From positions 45,944,001 to 46,008,000 of the forward strand of contig NC_045697.1 of NCBI RefSeq assembly GCF_009834535.1: 64,000 nt of DNA. Direction: 5' to 3'. This document shows, piece by piece, positions 38,600 to 49,929 of the stretch; positions within the stretch are counted from its first letter, which is position 1; every line of letters starts with the position of its first letter. Origin of the DNA: Camelus ferus (Eukaryota). The notes beneath the pieces were generated by a model. It saw only the letters and a program-made list of their open reading frames with translations, ran no database searches and was not told the DNA's origin. The position numbers and the translations under genes are program-made.

Positions 38600-39560
38600 A
38601 ACTTAAAAAGTTTAAAGGCATTTCCAGGAGATGATTATTCCCTTGGGCTATATGTTATAAAATGAAATAGGTCACTCAGTGTATATTTCTTCCTATTCTC
38701 CAGGATTTTCCTCAAATTTACTGGTCCTACATTTTAAATGTTTTTTACACCTATCTTTTCAAAAGAATCTTTCTTGTTCTCTAAGTGTTGCTTTTACATA
38801 GCATTGTATCCTTGTTTTTAAGGATACTGAATAGAGTATGAAAGTGTGTATGAGTGTGTGGTGACAGCATTTACTAAATTCCCATTTAATTTAAACAAGT
38901 ATCTGTTTCATTTGTGACTGTGTGTGCATTTACAGGCATTTTTAAATGTTTACCTTTGTTTTTCTTTCTTATGTTTTAAGTTTTCCTCAAATATCTGTTG
39001 GGCCTCTGTCATCTTTTCACATTTAGGAATGAAGCAATAAAAACCTAAATATGTGGGAATGCATGCATGGGTGCAGGTGGAATTTTGTGGTGATGAGCTG
39101 GTCCTTTTCTTGAGAACTCCTACAGGCTGAGAATGCTTTGATTTGGGCATCAGCTCCCACACCAGCTGTCCACAGGAGATTCAGACAGTCACTTACCTCT
39201 AAAAGGAGGAACCCTCTAATATTTTCCTTAAGTGGGTTGATGCTCATTGTTGGGTATTCTGCCCACCATGTGAAGTATAAGATTATTGTGACCTTCCATA
39301 TACAGATCTTAATGGTTCAACTCACTCTTCACTCCTGTTTTTCATCAGACCTGGTATCCAGAATCTTGTTGCTCTCCAGGATTCACCCGGGTAGATCAAC
39401 TCCCTCCCAGGTCCTAGCCCCATCCATTCTGCTTCTTCCAGGACCTCTCCCCAAACTGCTTTCTGTCTGCCAGAAAATTGTTGAAAATTGTCAGCCACGA
39501 ATGGTCACCCTGCTATCTTCATTATGATGTGTTTATGTGTTTTAATCCCTTTGAGGTGTC
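38600..39560 (-). mobile_element. Very old L1M-type 5'/ORF1-like fragment
   Basis: T-rich degenerate sequence resembling reverse-oriented L1M 5' regions. Weak recognition. Confidence 0.35.
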
Positions 39561-40999
39561 TGAGATGGTAAAGAACACAAGATCATGTAATTTGTGTGCC
39601 ATCATGAACCAAAAATCTTCTCTGACTTTTAAAGCTACTGTAAAGCTAAAATGCTAGGAAAATAACTAGATAGGTAAAAATGAACATCAGGCTTGCAGGG
39701 TTATTTTTAAGGAATAATTTGAGGAAAGGGTATATGTGAATTTTTGAAAAAAACATTCTGTAGAGTATTTCTAAAATTTAGATTACTGGACCAAAACACT
39801 GACTAATTAAATTAAGATTTATAGGACAGGATATATGCACACTAAAATTTGGGGACAAATGAATGAAAGGGTTGATATACGAGAACTCACTTCTTTGTAT
39901 GAGAACTCTTATAAGGGGTTTAAAGGCCTCTGCCTGGATGCCGTTGTCTACTAAAAGCTGGAGTGTTCGTGATATGCAAGGTTCAGCAGACAAAAGCATG
40001 ATCTCTTCTAATAGTTTTTATGATTTTAAAACTTTTCCTTAAATATAAGTAAACAAAAGGGATTGAGTTCTCACTGCTTACTCTACAGCCCTCTGCAATA
40101 ACAGGTGAGTGCATGTCAATCACATGAAACTTGCTAAGACTGCAGTTTCTATGAGACCCTACTCAGGGCTTCTGGTGACTCTCTAAAGCAGGCGTTTTAA
40201 TAACCTGTGCCTATTTTAGTTTCTCCTCTGTTCCAAATCCCTGCACAAACAGCAGGGGCTGCTTTAATATAAACATTCGAAGTACCAAATGCATCATTAT
40301 GGCCATCTGTTTTTACTACCATTTCTCATGGTGTCTCTGACTTCAACTGGTAACGCAAACATCATTTTCAAATTAATCATCAACAGAGTAGTGTGAATTG
40401 TTTTAAGTTAAATTAACATCTCTGAAGATGACTAATGGAAAACACCAGTGTGGACAGATGTTTTCATTTGGGGAAATGTGTTATATCCCTTCAAACAAAT
40501 CCCATAATCTACCCCCACAACTTCTACTACTTCACAAGTAATCAAGTAAAATACAATAACTTAATTACATTATTTTTCAAACTTATTGTTATACCACACT
40601 GTTCTCATTCAGCTTGGTTTGATGGCTCTTTTAAGGTTAACAATATTAACAATAATAGCTTTACCTCTAAAAGGCATTAAATTTCTGTCATCTAAAATAA
40701 ACCATTAGATGTATTTTACAATAGCCTTTACCCAAACAGAAGCATGTTAACATAACTCAGCTAGTTCCATTAAGGATACCCAAGGCTTTTACAAACCTGA
40801 GAGACCAACAGTTCTCAGAAGAAATTCTAAAAGTAATTTTATCTACTTATCTTTCCCAGAAATGACAGTAGCCAGAAAAACTAATTTGGAGTCACATGTC
40901 CTGTAATTTATTCTATTGGGTGTTCTTCTGTATCAAGAGGAACAAGTGGGGAATGAAATGAATAGCTGAGGAATTGTTTGCCCCAACAGGAGGATGAAT

Positions 41000-41512
41000 T
41001 GACTAAAAGATAACTACAGAGTCATGCAAAGACTACATTGTTCCTTTAATGTCAGGATTCAGGTGACAACATACAGCTTACTATCATGACGGGGTGGCAT
41101 CCCCAGGCAAAGGGCAGGCTTCCCTGCCCCAAGCTCGCACTAAACATCAATCACCAGGATCATGTCCCTTTAAGGTGAAGATCTACGAAGGCCTTCTAGA
41201 AGGCACCTTTACATTTTTTTCTGGTGGGTTTATGTTTCTACCCGCCACAACTGTTCTTGTGCCCACAAGTTAACAGGTAACATCCTTAGCATTTTTCTGA
41301 GTGTTTACTGCGGGACCTGGTGCCAAGTCAGTTTCCTAGGAACAGTTTTCCAGGTACGGCTCAGGCTTTAGATCTGATGGGATCTAGTCTTAGTTCGCAG
41401 AGTAATTATCAGATTAACATAGTCTTAAACGAGGTTCATCTCAGTAGCATAGTTTGTTAGAGTAATGGGTTAAAAATGAGGAAGAGGCTAAATTAATCTA
41501 AGCCATCTATCA
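41000..41512 (-). mobile_element. Possible solo LTR
   Basis: ~500-bp GC-richer block. Reverse complement starts TGATAGA, with ATTAAA (-) near 41045. No TSD confirmed. Confidence 0.35.
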
Positions 41513-41784
41513 CTAGAACTTTCTATCCTTCATAAAACAGTCAAAGAGGAAAGGAAATGAATGGATTATGTTGTCAAAAGATTGAAAACACTAAATCAAG
41601 CATTCAGAAAAGAGTTAGTTTACATTTCTGTAGATCATTAACTATGTTAATTGTGTACCAGACAGAACTATATGTTTCCTTTATCATTACCAAATAACAT
41701 GAAAATCATTCCTACACGGAAAAATATTAACTCAGATATTTTTAAATGAGTTCTTACAATGTCTTAGTTGCATTGCTGGACCTG

Positions 41785-42165
41785 TATTATGGGCTGAACT
41801 GTATCCTCCTAAAATTCATATGCTAAAGTCCCAAGCCCCAGTACCCCAGAATGTGACTATACTTGGAGATGGGGCCTTTAAAGAAGTAATTAAAGTCAAA
41901 TATGTTATATGGGTAGACCCTATTCTAATCGGACAGATGTCCCTATAACAAAAGGAATTTTAGACACACAAAGAGACACCAAGGATGCTAGTGCAATGCA
42001 AGAAAGCAGCCACCTGTAAGCCAAGAAGAGAAGTTTCAGAAGAAACCAATTCTGCCAACATTTTGATCTTGGACTTCCATCCCTTAGAACTGTAGGAAAG
42101 TAAATCTCTGTTGTTTAAGCCACCAGTCTGGTAATTTGTCATGGGAGCCCGTGCAAACTAATACA
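41785..42165 (+). mobile_element. MLT1B-like MaLR solo LTR
   Basis: TATTATGGGCTGAACTGTATCCTCCTAAAATTCATATG...CAGAATGTGACTATACTTGGAGATGGGGCC...GCAAACTAATACA. Confidence 0.9.
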
Positions 42166-43368
42166 ACCCCCATTGACTCAACAGATACTCCCTGGGCACA
42201 ATCATGGGCCGAGAGGGTGCCAGCTGCCGGGCTGGGCACAGCACCAGGACACTGCTCCCATTCTCGCCGCTCAGTGTATTATACAAACACTTTGGACAGT
42301 GGAGAAGCACAATTACTAAAAAACGACATAAAAACTGACAAAGCGTTTACAACATCCCAAGAACAGTTATCGTCCCTAATCTATTTTAGATTTACCTCAT
42401 TTGTTTTTCATTCTGATAAAAATTAGCCAACTCATTTGGTCCAATCTTTTTAACCATTACCTTCTTCACTGCCTGTTTTCAAAGACGCTCCTTTTTTCAC
42501 TCTTTATAATTCCACTAAGTTATTGACTCATTATTCTCCCCTGCTGAATTCTACAGATGTGACTCACAACCTCTTTTTTTAATGACACATATAAAAATAA
42601 AATTTTCACAAAATTGACTATGGGAGCATCTATATGGGGCTTAGAAGAAAAAATATTACATTTTCTTTGTATTTTATGATTATAATATCAATAAAATACA
42701 AAGTATTAAGGATGATTTTAAATACTGATATAAATGAACTTTCCAAAATAAAGTTTTTTAACTTTTAATAAAAAACATGAATTTTTTCTGTGGACATAAT
42801 GCTTTAGTATATGGTTTTATGTTTGAAATGATTATACACAAATCAAGATTTTTTAATGATGATCTCTTTAAATTTTTCATTATGATATCAATGATAAATT
42901 TTGTTCACACAAGTAGGTGGCAGCAAATGAATATACATTGATTGTATTTCAATTATTGGAAATGACTTTCTTACAGAATTACCAGACTTCAGTTAATTCT
43001 TCTGTTGAACTTATATTTCAGTCTTTAAAAATGTCTTCCTTCTTTTTTGTGACAAATATAACTGTGAATAGTCTTGTGGTGATGCTGATTTTTAACCTTC
43101 AAGTATTTAAAAACAATATTTTCCTCAAGCCTACATGGATGTTGCTTTGCTCACGTTAATGTTTTAGGATTCAAACTTCTCCGCTGACTCTATCAATACC
43201 TGTTAAAATAATTTAAACTCCTTGGAAGCTGAAGAAACATCAGCCAAGTGCACTATTTTGAAAGCCAGTAACAATGTCTTTAAAAATATGCAAAGTAAGA
43301 GATCAGCCCCTCCTCTTTCTTATACTCCTTTCTCTCTCTCTCTCCCCGCCGCCCTCCTCTCTATCAGA

Positions 43369-43390
43369 CACACACACACACACACACACA
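43369..43390. repeat. (CA)11 microsatellite, preceded by a CT-rich tract
   Basis: Read directly. Confidence 0.95.
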
Positions 43391-43453
43391 TTTATGAGTA
43401 ATTTTATAAACTCTTGTAAACTGACTATATTTCAAATTAAAAAATAAAAATAA

Positions 43454-43515
43454 TTTCTTTTAAATTAGGCTAAAAAAGTAATTTTTCTTTTAAATTAGGC
43501 TAAAAAAGTAATTTT
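43454..43515. repeat. Exact 30-bp tandem duplication
   Basis: TTTCTTTTAAATTAGGCTAAAAAAGTAATT x2. Confidence 0.95.
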
Positions 43516-44040
43516 ATAAATTCTTGCCTAACTTTCCTTGGGGAACCATGTACTTCAGTATGATGTAATGTTCTGATCATATTTCTTTGAATAAAGATGA
43601 AAAATGATACTTTAACAGCTTGGATTTAATTATCATTATATATATTCATTTTTTATTACCAATCACCATTTTTGTAACATATTTTAATATAAACTAGATC
43701 TATGGACAAACATTGACATATGTGAACATCTCTAATATTAATTAATGTATTTCTGAATTCCAGCATTTAAAAAGAACTTTTGATGTAAATCTCATATACT
43801 TTCCTGCAACTTAACATAAACTTCAGTACCCACAGATATTTTGGGGGAGTGCTTCCCTGGTATGTTATTGGTTTCAGGTACTTTTTACCACTTTGAACAA
43901 TTTATTCTCAGTAGTGTGATATAGAGTTTCTTTGGAACAAATAATATTCTTTCAAGCATTTGTCTTCAGGTATTCCAAATGATGTGGTATCAGCAAGAAT
44001 AGTTACTACTTCTGTGAAGTCACTGTGTGTAATGAAAACT

Positions 44041-44080
44041 TTTGATGTACCAATCTTCTGTTTGATGTACCAATCTTCTG
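44041..44080. repeat. Exact 20-bp tandem duplication
   Basis: TTTGATGTACCAATCTTCTG x2. Confidence 0.95.
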
Positions 44081-44321
44081 AATTCATATTGTCTCTCTCA
44101 TACTTGATATGAATGTCATACTATTTACTAATAGTATTATTTGAAAAGGCAACTTCCCCTTTGTAGTATCAAACACAGTATTAAGATTTTTTGCAGGCTG
44201 GTAAAATTAGAGGTTTGCAGTTACGTTTAGTGTCTTTTTTTCTGACTTTATGGATTAATTAATTCTAAATCTAGTTTCTTGAGCTTGATTTGACACTGTT
44301 TTAAGAGATTTCAAAATAACT

Positions 44322-44343
44322 TGTGTGTGTGTGTGTGTGTGTG
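44322..44343. repeat. (TG)11 microsatellite
   Basis: Read directly. Confidence 0.95.
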
Positions 44344-45899
44344 CCAACATAGTTTACTTTGCCCCACTGTTTTGCTGCATATTTCTTCCCAGCAAATAAG
44401 GCATTTAGGCAGAGAAACAGAAATTACTAGGGCAGAAAAAAAGCTGTTTCCCATTATATCCCTCCGTCAGTGACAAGGTATTCTACCTTGTGAATCAGGA
44501 ACATTCTAGCTTTGAGAAAGAAGTTGTACATTTTGGTGAAAAATTAGCATTTATAAGTATTGAATTGAATTAAAAATAAAGAAGTTAGGGAGTCTGTGGG
44601 ACTTTCTAGCCTCAGAAAATTAGTTTGTGTTTTCTAGATGTTGGCATTCTTAGAAATTACATAAAACAAAAATGCATTGAAAATCTGAAAATTAAGCATA
44701 TGGTTAGCAAAGCTGAAAACATTGCTAAATTATTCAATTTCATTGTAATCCTGGAAAATTTGAAAAATATAATTATCAATTATAATCATAATTTTAAATG
44801 TTTTTAAAAGATCAGTTTCTAAATCCAGTAAGACACATAATCATCTTTAATAAAATTATTAAATTACTGTTAATTATTTGTTTTTAGAAATAAACCTTTT
44901 CTACCTCTACATGAAAAAAATTATAAAATCTCATCAAAAATCAGACTTGGCTAACTGTTAACATCAATAGCCAATAAAGAAATAAGGAAAACAAGAATGA
45001 AGGTAGAGACAATTAACAAAGGAATTCTGTTTAATTTATGAATACTAATAATAAATTAGTAATAAAAATAATAATAAAATTAAGCATGAAACAGTTTCAA
45101 TGTGAAAATTCAGCACAATATAAATCTTTAAAGAACTGTATATTTTACTTGTATTCACAAAACAAGGAACTTTACTGATAAACATCATGACTTAAATAAT
45201 TATCAAACTGAAGTAGGAAAGTAAGTGGGAGAGTCTCCATGTCATCATGCAAACTTTGACTAAAAATCAAAGCAAAGTAGACAAATGTAGGTGGTATATC
45301 TTGGCCCAATTGGGATATAAGACCATCTGCAAAAGGACTTTATAATTTGTGGAGTATAACAGAGAAACAGATGGATTTTCTTGTCTTGACCCTAAATCTC
45401 CAAAAAGTATATTAAGCTATTTTGCCTGATGTTTTTAATTTAGTTCTACCTCTGGGAAGACAGATGATTGAATAATCACTTGGGGCATGTTTCTGTCCCG
45501 GGATCTATAACTGCCTGATCATTGTTATATATGCAAAGCCCAGAGCACAAAGAACTCTCATCTAGAAGTATGTTTGATAACTTTCTATAATGGATATGTC
45601 ATAACTTCATTAGAATAATAAAATAAGTGCACCTTGAATTCTATGAATTACTTGAGGCTGACACTAAAGCATGTTAACTTTTGAAATTGAGTCCAGAGAT
45701 ATGTATTTCTCCATTACGTTCAACATTACTAACACCTAAACACAATTGAAAAAAAAAATAGCCTAAAGCATAAATCCAATAACCAAAAAGACATATTATT
45801 GTACTTTAAATATCTACTAAGGAATATAAAAGAATATTTAAATAAATTAATAACCAAATTGCATTCTTGTATAGGATGAGTCAACATAATATAGTAATG

Positions 45900-46095
45900 T
45901 GACCCATTTTTTATGGGAACTGGAGCCCAGAAAACAGGTGCAAAATGTGCTGATTTTCTGGTTGCTGCTAATACTGTAAATAATAAATTGTCCTTCATCT
46001 CTGACCTAGGAGTCGTGTCTCCTATCAGCATCCATAAAACTATTGCAGGCTAATTTATTAGTGTGCCAATTGGGTAAAATCCTAAAATATACAGC
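45900..46095 (+). mobile_element. MER68/MER77-like ERVL LTR 3' end
   Basis: AATAAATTGTCCTTCATCTCTGACCTAGGAGTCGTGTCTCCTATCAGCATCCATAAAAC...CAGGCTAATTTATTAG...GGGTAAAATC. Confidence 0.7.
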
Positions 46096-46369
46096 TCTAG
46101 AGGAATGGCAAAATAACCAGATTTTGTATAGATACACCAGCATTAGCAATGATATAATCATTTACTTCTTCTCAGTATGATATTAAATTATACCTTCAAA
46201 ACATCAATCAACTTCACTTTCACCTACATGATATTCATAAATGGATAACAGTTCACTACCATGTAGGATAGTTCACTATAGTCATTTAACTGGTTATCAT
46301 AACTCTTGGCTACAAGCAATATATACACTCACATGATCTCAGGAGAAGAATGAGAATATGAAGCAGAAT

Positions 46370-46504
46370 TTACCAGACTAACTGAAGTATAAAACAGAAC
46401 TGTTCCAACCTACCCATAAAATCATGAGCAAGAAATAAATGCTTATTTTCATATGCCACTGAAATTTTTATATTGTTTGTTACACAGCAACAGCTGACTG
46501 ATAC
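46370..46504 (+). mobile_element. MLT1 LTR 3' end
   Basis: AAATCATGAGCAAGAAATAAATGCTTATTTT...GCCACTGAAATTTT...TTGTTTGTTACACAGCAACAGCTGACTGATAC. Confidence 0.75.
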
Positions 46505-46509
46505 CAGAC

Positions 46510-49300
46510 CCACAAAATATCCTCTCAATGTGATAAAAGCTTATTTCTCCCCATGCAATATTCTCAATGGAGGCAATACAGAGACAGTATGATAGCTCTG
46601 CCACACGAAGTTATACAGGGACAAAAGCTCCTTCTATTTTATTGATCCACCTTTCCCTCAAAATTTTCCTTATTTTATTCCAAGATAACTCACTACCTTA
46701 CTCATATTCCAGAAAAATGAGATAGAGGAAGGGTGACAGAAATGCATCATACTTGCCTTTTAACAACATCCCAGATTCTGTACCCACCAAGTCTCTTTAC
46801 ATCCTCTGGCAAGATATTAGTCATGTGGACACACCTAACTGCAAGGAAGGTTAAAAAAAACTTACTTTATTTTTGGCAATCCTGCACATATCCAAAAATC
46901 AGGGGCTATACAGACACCTTGTTTTGTTGTGCTTCTCTTTATTGCACTTCACAGTTACTGTGTTTTTTACAAATTGAAGGTAAGTGGCAACCCTTCATGG
47001 AGCAAGTCTATTGGCATCATTTTTCCAACATTCGCTCACTTCATTTCTCTGTGTCACATTCTGGTAATTCACAAAATATTTCAGTTTTTTTCATTATTAT
47101 ATTTGTTCTGGTGATCTGTGATTGTGGCCTTTGATGGTACTACTATGACTCTGAAGGCTCAGATGATAGTTAGCATTTTTTAGTAATAAAGTATTTTTTA
47201 ATTAAGGTATTTTAATTAATTGCATTGGGTTTTTTAAGACATAATGCTATTATTGCATATTTAATACTCTACCGTATAGTGTAAACATAACTTTTCTATG
47301 TATGGGGAAACAACAAAAAAAAATTGTGTATCTCACTTAATTGTGATACTCGCTTTACTGTGGTGGTCTGAAACCAGACCTGCATCTTACGACTGTATCT
47401 CTGTCAAAGGAGAGAATGGAAATTTGAATATAACTAGCATTATTTGCCACAGTCTATTCACGTGGCAACCCAAATATCCATCACAACCTCTCTCCTTCAC
47501 ATACAATACATTGATTACCTCCACAAGGGAGAGAAAACTCCAAAGTCCCATTGCCATGTTGCTGTACTCAGGTGAAAACCTCTCCTTCTGGATGTCATAT
47601 AGCCCTTTCCATTCATTAATTATGGATACAGAGTCTCATAGTTTGGCAACCTACAAATTAAAACAAGTTAATTTGTCCCTATACACTCAATATTCAAGAA
47701 CTGTAAAGAAAGTGAATATTGCAAACTAAACTCCCCCTACGGAGCAAAGAAGGATTGGGAAACTTATAGCAGTCACTGGGCTATGGCAGTAATCAAATCC
47801 TACTAGACTGGAGTTACAGATATTCCACGAGCCAACAATGGATTAGTCTCATCTGGAAGCCCCTGTTTCTGCTTTCCTTGAGGAAATGCCCATTTCTTCC
47901 AAAGCCCTTAGTTCTTTCTTATCTTTTGTCTTCCTTTGCCATGAATCAGGTAGGCACTACAGAGACTGCTCTGCTTGGAAACTGCAACGTTTTTGTAGCC
48001 TGTCCTTTGTTGGTCCAGATTTGGCAGCCCAGGAATTTCCTAAAGGGTTGAACAATTATAGGCTTTTGCAGGCTATGTTGTTGTTCTGTAGCCATACAAT
48101 TACCTCAAAACCTTAGCAAGCTTCTAGGCAATTTGTTTTGGATTAGTTCCATATGTAAGTAACTATAGTCAAAGATCTAATCTCGATGTAGTCTTTAAGC
48201 CCAAAGATGCTTGTCTTTTCCTTATTACCTTGTGTGCTTTGCTTACCCTCTCTCTGGATGGAAGCTACATCCAAGCTATCTAAACCATTTTGTTTGGGTG
48301 GAAAAGCAATACTCTTAATTTGATTTTGCCTCTGGTCTGGATCCCAAATCTGGCAGGGCACTGAGCTTATCCTCTACTAAGGCAGTGGCTTTGAAGCTAC
48401 CAGTTATAATTGCTTTGGTTTGGAATACAGAGGGAGTTGACTTTTTCAGCCCTCAAAGGCCTCAAATTACAGGACTCTCAGTGAAATTATTTTGCTAACC
48501 TGGCACAAAGAGCTTTTCTTAACAGAACTGTATTCCTTTCCACCTCTGCTTGCAGACTGGTTAACTCTAGTTTGAGTTCATCTCTGTTATAGGATTTTGC
48601 TGGAAGAGCAAGAAGCTGCCAACACAGATGAAGATCCTGCAGCTTTCCTATAATTTCCCTTAATGTGATGTATGGACTCCATTACCATTTAATCTGTCTT
48701 CTAAAATATTATAAACAACAATTATATCAATGCTTTGCCTCAGCATATCAGAAAGAACCAGCTTTTTATCTCCAATAGCTGTGTCTCTCTTCCTGCCTCC
48801 CCAGTGCTAAACATAACTACGTCAGAGACCTAGGTTATGCCACTTCATGCATGCCATTTCTGGTACCAACTTCTGTCTTAGTTGGGATGCAGGTTTAAAA
48901 TGTGTAACAAAAGTTCAAATACAGTCCATAAAAAAAATAGATGTTTACTCCTTTCACATTATAGTCCAGAAATAGTCCTCTAGGGATGCTATGGAGGAAT
49001 ACAGGCTCTTTCTATCACGTAGTTCTGTCATCTCTAAGACATTGCTTTTATCTACATGGTGCAAGATAATCTACCACCACAAACACTTTTCAAAGCAGTA
49101 GGATGGGGAAAAGGTGGCAAAGGGTCAACTCTTCCTCCATTTAAGGAAAGTCTGGAAGCAGCACATATCACCTCCAATGGAGCCTGGGAAATGTAGTCCT
49201 TACTCTGTAGCCACATGTCTAGCTACAAAACAAGACTCCTTCCATTATAGGAGAAAAGGATCATGGATAGCAGGGAGCAAAAAAATAGTCCTTGCTACAA
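46510..49300 (-). mobile_element. Degenerate full MaLR (MLT1) provirus, LTR-internal-LTR
   Basis: LTR/internal junction TTCTGGTACCAACTTCTGT at ~48858-48876 (reverse complement ACAGAAGTTGGTACCAGAA). MLT1-like LTRs at ~48873-49300 and ~46510-47450 flank ~1.4 kb of internal sequence. Confidence 0.65.
46911..47395 (+). mobile_element. Tigger1-derived non-autonomous element (Tigger1a-like)
   Basis: CAG...CTG ends with TA on both sides. Tigger1 5' segment (TTTTTTACAAATTGAAGG...AGCAAGTCTATTGGCATCATTTTTCCAACA) is fused to the 3' segment (GAAGGCTCAGATGAT...TTAGCATTTTTTAG). Confidence 0.85.
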
Positions 49301-49744
49301 CCTTAAAACAAATGACATTATTGGGGTCTAACATGTTTGTATATCATGAACCAATATTTACAACAATAAGAACTAAGTTGACTAGCACACTATTTTAAGA
49401 AAAACTGCTCACTTAATAATATTTATAGAATATTTTACAAGGCATAACACTCAAAACATAAATTTTCTTATCAATAGATGTAAATATACAGTTTATCTTT
49501 TGCATTAAATATCTGATACATACTAGGCATTTGGTAAATAATTGTTGAATGGAAGAATGAATGAACTGACCAAAGTAAGTATTTATTGAGTCCTTCCTAT
49601 GAGACCACAACTGTGTTAGACAACAAAGATATATTAAAAAACGTATAACATATGGAAGAAATTGGCAGCATTTTACTTCTGATACTGGCAACATGAAGCA
49701 CTATACACATACAATAAAAATATAAAATAGGGAGATTTAGTACA

Positions 49745-49925
49745 ATAACCAATGGCCAATGTAATGAAGCCTCCATTAAAAACTCAAAAGGACAGGAATT
49801 GGGGTTTCCAAGCTGGTGAACACATGTAGATTGAGGAGAGTGCTGCACTTAGAGAGGCATGGAAGCTCTGAGCCCCTTCCCATATACCTTGCCCTATACA
49901 TCTTGTCCATCTGGCTGTTCCTGAG
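49745..49925 (+). mobile_element. MER21-like LTR fragment, truncated at the L1
   Basis: CCAATGGCCAATG...GTAATGAAGCCTCCATTAAAA...GCATGGAAGCTCTGAGCCCCTTCCCATATACCTTGCCCTATACATC. Confidence 0.75.
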
Positions 49926-49929
49926 AGAA

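Noticed and set aside
38953..39044. Exon-like segment encoding ...MTEAQQIFEENLKHKKEKQ
   Set aside because: It falls inside a probable old L1M fragment and has a weak acceptor.
31064..40219. Identical 14-mer TGTGCCTATTTTAG at 31064-31077 and 40206-40219
   Set aside because: Several shared 14-mers are expected by chance in 64 kb of AT-rich DNA, and it is only a near match to the MEF2 consensus.
46733..47729. 133-aa and 143-aa ORFs
   Set aside because: They span MLT1 and Tigger repeat boundaries and are not transposase or any recognisable protein.
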